Source: Bdellovibrionota bacterium (lineage in GTDB: Bacteria; Bdellovibrionota_C; UBA2361; OMIW01). Taken from it: DNA of 39,706 nt. How positions within the stretch are numbered: position 1 is the first letter of the stretch; the number at the start of each line of letters is the position of its first letter. The stretch covers positions 1 to 39,706 of the forward strand of contig JBIJBT010000015.1 in assembly GCA_044345055.1 (NCBI GenBank), in the 5' to 3' direction. Shown here one piece after another: positions 38,079 through 39,706 of this stretch. A model generated the notes under the pieces. The model saw only the letters and a list, made by a program, of their open reading frames with translations, did no database searches and was not told the origin of the DNA. Position numbers and translations under genes: made by a program.

Positions 38079-39286
38079 TGAAGAGCCTTAACAATAAGCC
38101 GTTGATTGGGCTCGATGTAAGCGCCCTTGATAGTAGTTTCAAAGCACATGCAGGGCGGGGTATCGGTCGATATGTTCGGGAATTGCACCGATATCTTAAC
38201 ACCCATAAGAGCGATATCGCCGAGGTCGATCTGTTCGACCATCGGACCTGTCAACTCCCCGCAGGTATCGAGCGAGCAATTTCGCTTCTTCCCGCTGGTA
38301 GACAAACAATTCGTCAACAGCTCCTCTATCCGATGCAGCTTAAAAGCGGTCCAATGGCGCGCTTCTCTACTCTTCATTTTCCGGCGCATATGGATGCACC
38401 TGCGTGGCTCGCGCAGCCGTACATCTTGACCGTTCTCGATCTTATTCCAATTATCTTTGCTGATCTTTATGCGGCTGACGTTCCAGGATGGCGATTTCGA
38501 TTTGCTCGATTCTTAGAGCTGCGGGCGATTCGATCGGCATCCATGATACTCGCGATAAGCGATTGTACGGCGCGTGATCTTGAGCGAGTGCTCGGAATTC
38601 CACCAGAGCGAATTCGGGTAACACCGTTGGGAGTAGAGGAGGGATTTTTCGAGCCGGCCTCAGAGGATTCTGTTGAGCGGGCCTGGGAAACGCTACCGAT
38701 ATCTCGAGGAGCCGAGATACTTCTCTATGTCGGAGGAATCGATCCGAGAAAAAATATCCAATTTTTTCTCCACGTTTTCGACGATCTCAGCAAGGCGCGA
38801 CAAAGAGCAGCTAAGCCACTACCTCATTTCGTTATTGCGGGGAAAATCGAGGGGGATCGAAATTACGGAGCACTCTGCGCGGAGATCCAGCGACGAGGTT
38901 TACAGGAGCAGGTACATCTTATCGGATACGTTCCTGATGATGTTTTAAAGGCGCTCTATAAGATCGCAACTATATTCGTTTTCCCAAGTTTGTACGAAGG
39001 ATTTGGTTTGCCACCGCTTGAGGCGATGGCGGCGGGGCTTCCCGTTGTGAGCTCGCGCGCTGCATCGCTTCCAGAGGTGCTTGGCGATGTTGGAGTTGGC
39101 GTAGACCCCGATGATTCCGAGCGTTGGGTTTCAGAGCTTTACGCTCTATTAGAGAACAAAGAGCGTCGCGAGCAGCTCTCTTGTCAGGGAGTCACTCAGG
39201 CGAGAAGATTCTCATGGACCAGAACGGGTGAAACTACCCTTAACGCGTATGAAGAGTTCTGTGTTGGATCGAACGCGAAATCGTGA
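38075..39286 (+). CDS. GT4 family glycosyltransferase (MtfB/WbaZ-like)
   Basis: [39 protein letters not shown]. Confidence 0.92.
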   Translation: MMKSLNNKPLIGLDVSALDSSFKAHAGRGIGRYVRELHRYLNTHKSDIAEVDLFDHRTCQLPAGIERAISLLPAGRQTIRQQLLYPMQLKSGPMARFSTLHFPAHMDAPAWLAQPYILTVLDLIPIIFADLYAADVPGWRFRFARFLELRAIRSASMILAISDCTARDLERVLGIPPERIRVTPLGVEEGFFEPASEDSVERAWETLPISRGAEILLYVGGIDPRKNIQFFLHVFDDLSKARQRAAKPLPHFVIAGKIEGDRNYGALCAEIQRRGLQEQVHLIGYVPDDVLKALYKIATIFVFPSLYEGFGLPPLEAMAAGLPVVSSRAASLPEVLGDVGVGVDPDDSERWVSELYALLENKERREQLSCQGVTQARRFSWTRTGETTLNAYEEFCVGSNAKS

Positions 39287-39706
39287 AGTTGTTTTTCTTC
39301 AGAGGAGCAAAAAGGGGCGTGGAAAAAAGGTTTATTGCTGAACCTCGATCTTCAGAGGGAGTGCTAGAGCAGCTTTGGAGCGAGCGTTGGTTTCTCGCGC
39401 TTATGCTCGTGCTCGGGTTTATGATTCGGTGGCAGCTCATCTATCGGATGCAGTTTTCTATTGACTCTGATGAGGCGATCGTTGGCCTCATGGCAAAACA
39501 TATTGGTGAAGGCCGAGGAATTCCCGTTTTTTATTACGGCCAACACTACATGGGGAGCCTTGAATCGCTCCTTGTAGCGGCGGCTTTCTCGATTTTTGGT
39601 AGCTCATCTCTCGTGCTTCGTGCCGTGCCTCTTGCAGTGTCTCTCTCTCTGATTTTTCTGCTCTATCTTTTAGGAAGAGAAGCAGGAGGGAGGCGCGCCG
39701 GCCTTA
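39283..39706 (+). CDS. 3'-truncated membrane GT-C glycosyltransferase (ArnT/PMT-like); absent from the ORF track
   Basis: GTGA overlap with the upstream gene. Translation gives a TM helix, then DSDEAIVGLMAKHI...PVFYYGQHYMGSLE, then further TM helices. Open to the window end. Confidence 0.8.
   Translation, partial: MKLFFFRGAKRGVEKRFIAEPRSSEGVLEQLWSERWFLALMLVLGFMIRWQLIYRMQFSIDSDEAIVGLMAKHIGEGRGIPVFYYGQHYMGSLESLLVAAAFSIFGSSSLVLRAVPLAVSLSLIFLLYLLGREAGGRRAGL

Overview
Chromosomal window from a diderm, LPS-making bacterium. It looks Bdellovibrionota/deltaproteobacteria-like, but that is inference from gene style only. Most of it is housekeeping and envelope genes: rplM-rpsI, lptFG, rpsU, rsmG, tRNA-Val(CAC), a troABCD-type Mn/Zn/Fe ABC importer divergent from mntR-selO, an ADP-heptose HldC-GmhB fusion, an ABC1/UbiB kinase, hflX, gspL-M-N, hpt, and a wzt-wzm-GT4-GT4-GT-C glycan locus. 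I found no CRISPR array, integrase or transposase. The most interesting element is a head-to-head pair of FliA/WhiG-like sigma factors with no flagellar genes in the window. One has a sigma70-like promoter and is coupled to a small, possibly FlgM-like protein and the gspLMN genes. The other has a sigma28-like promoter, suggesting a sigma cascade linked to secretion. Also notable: selO translationally coupled to mntR under a clear MntR-box palindrome, a YtgCR-like permease-repressor fusion, an RD/RG-rich N-terminal extension on bS21, and a stand-alone pesticin-type muramidase at the left end. All calls come from reading motifs by eye; no searches were run.
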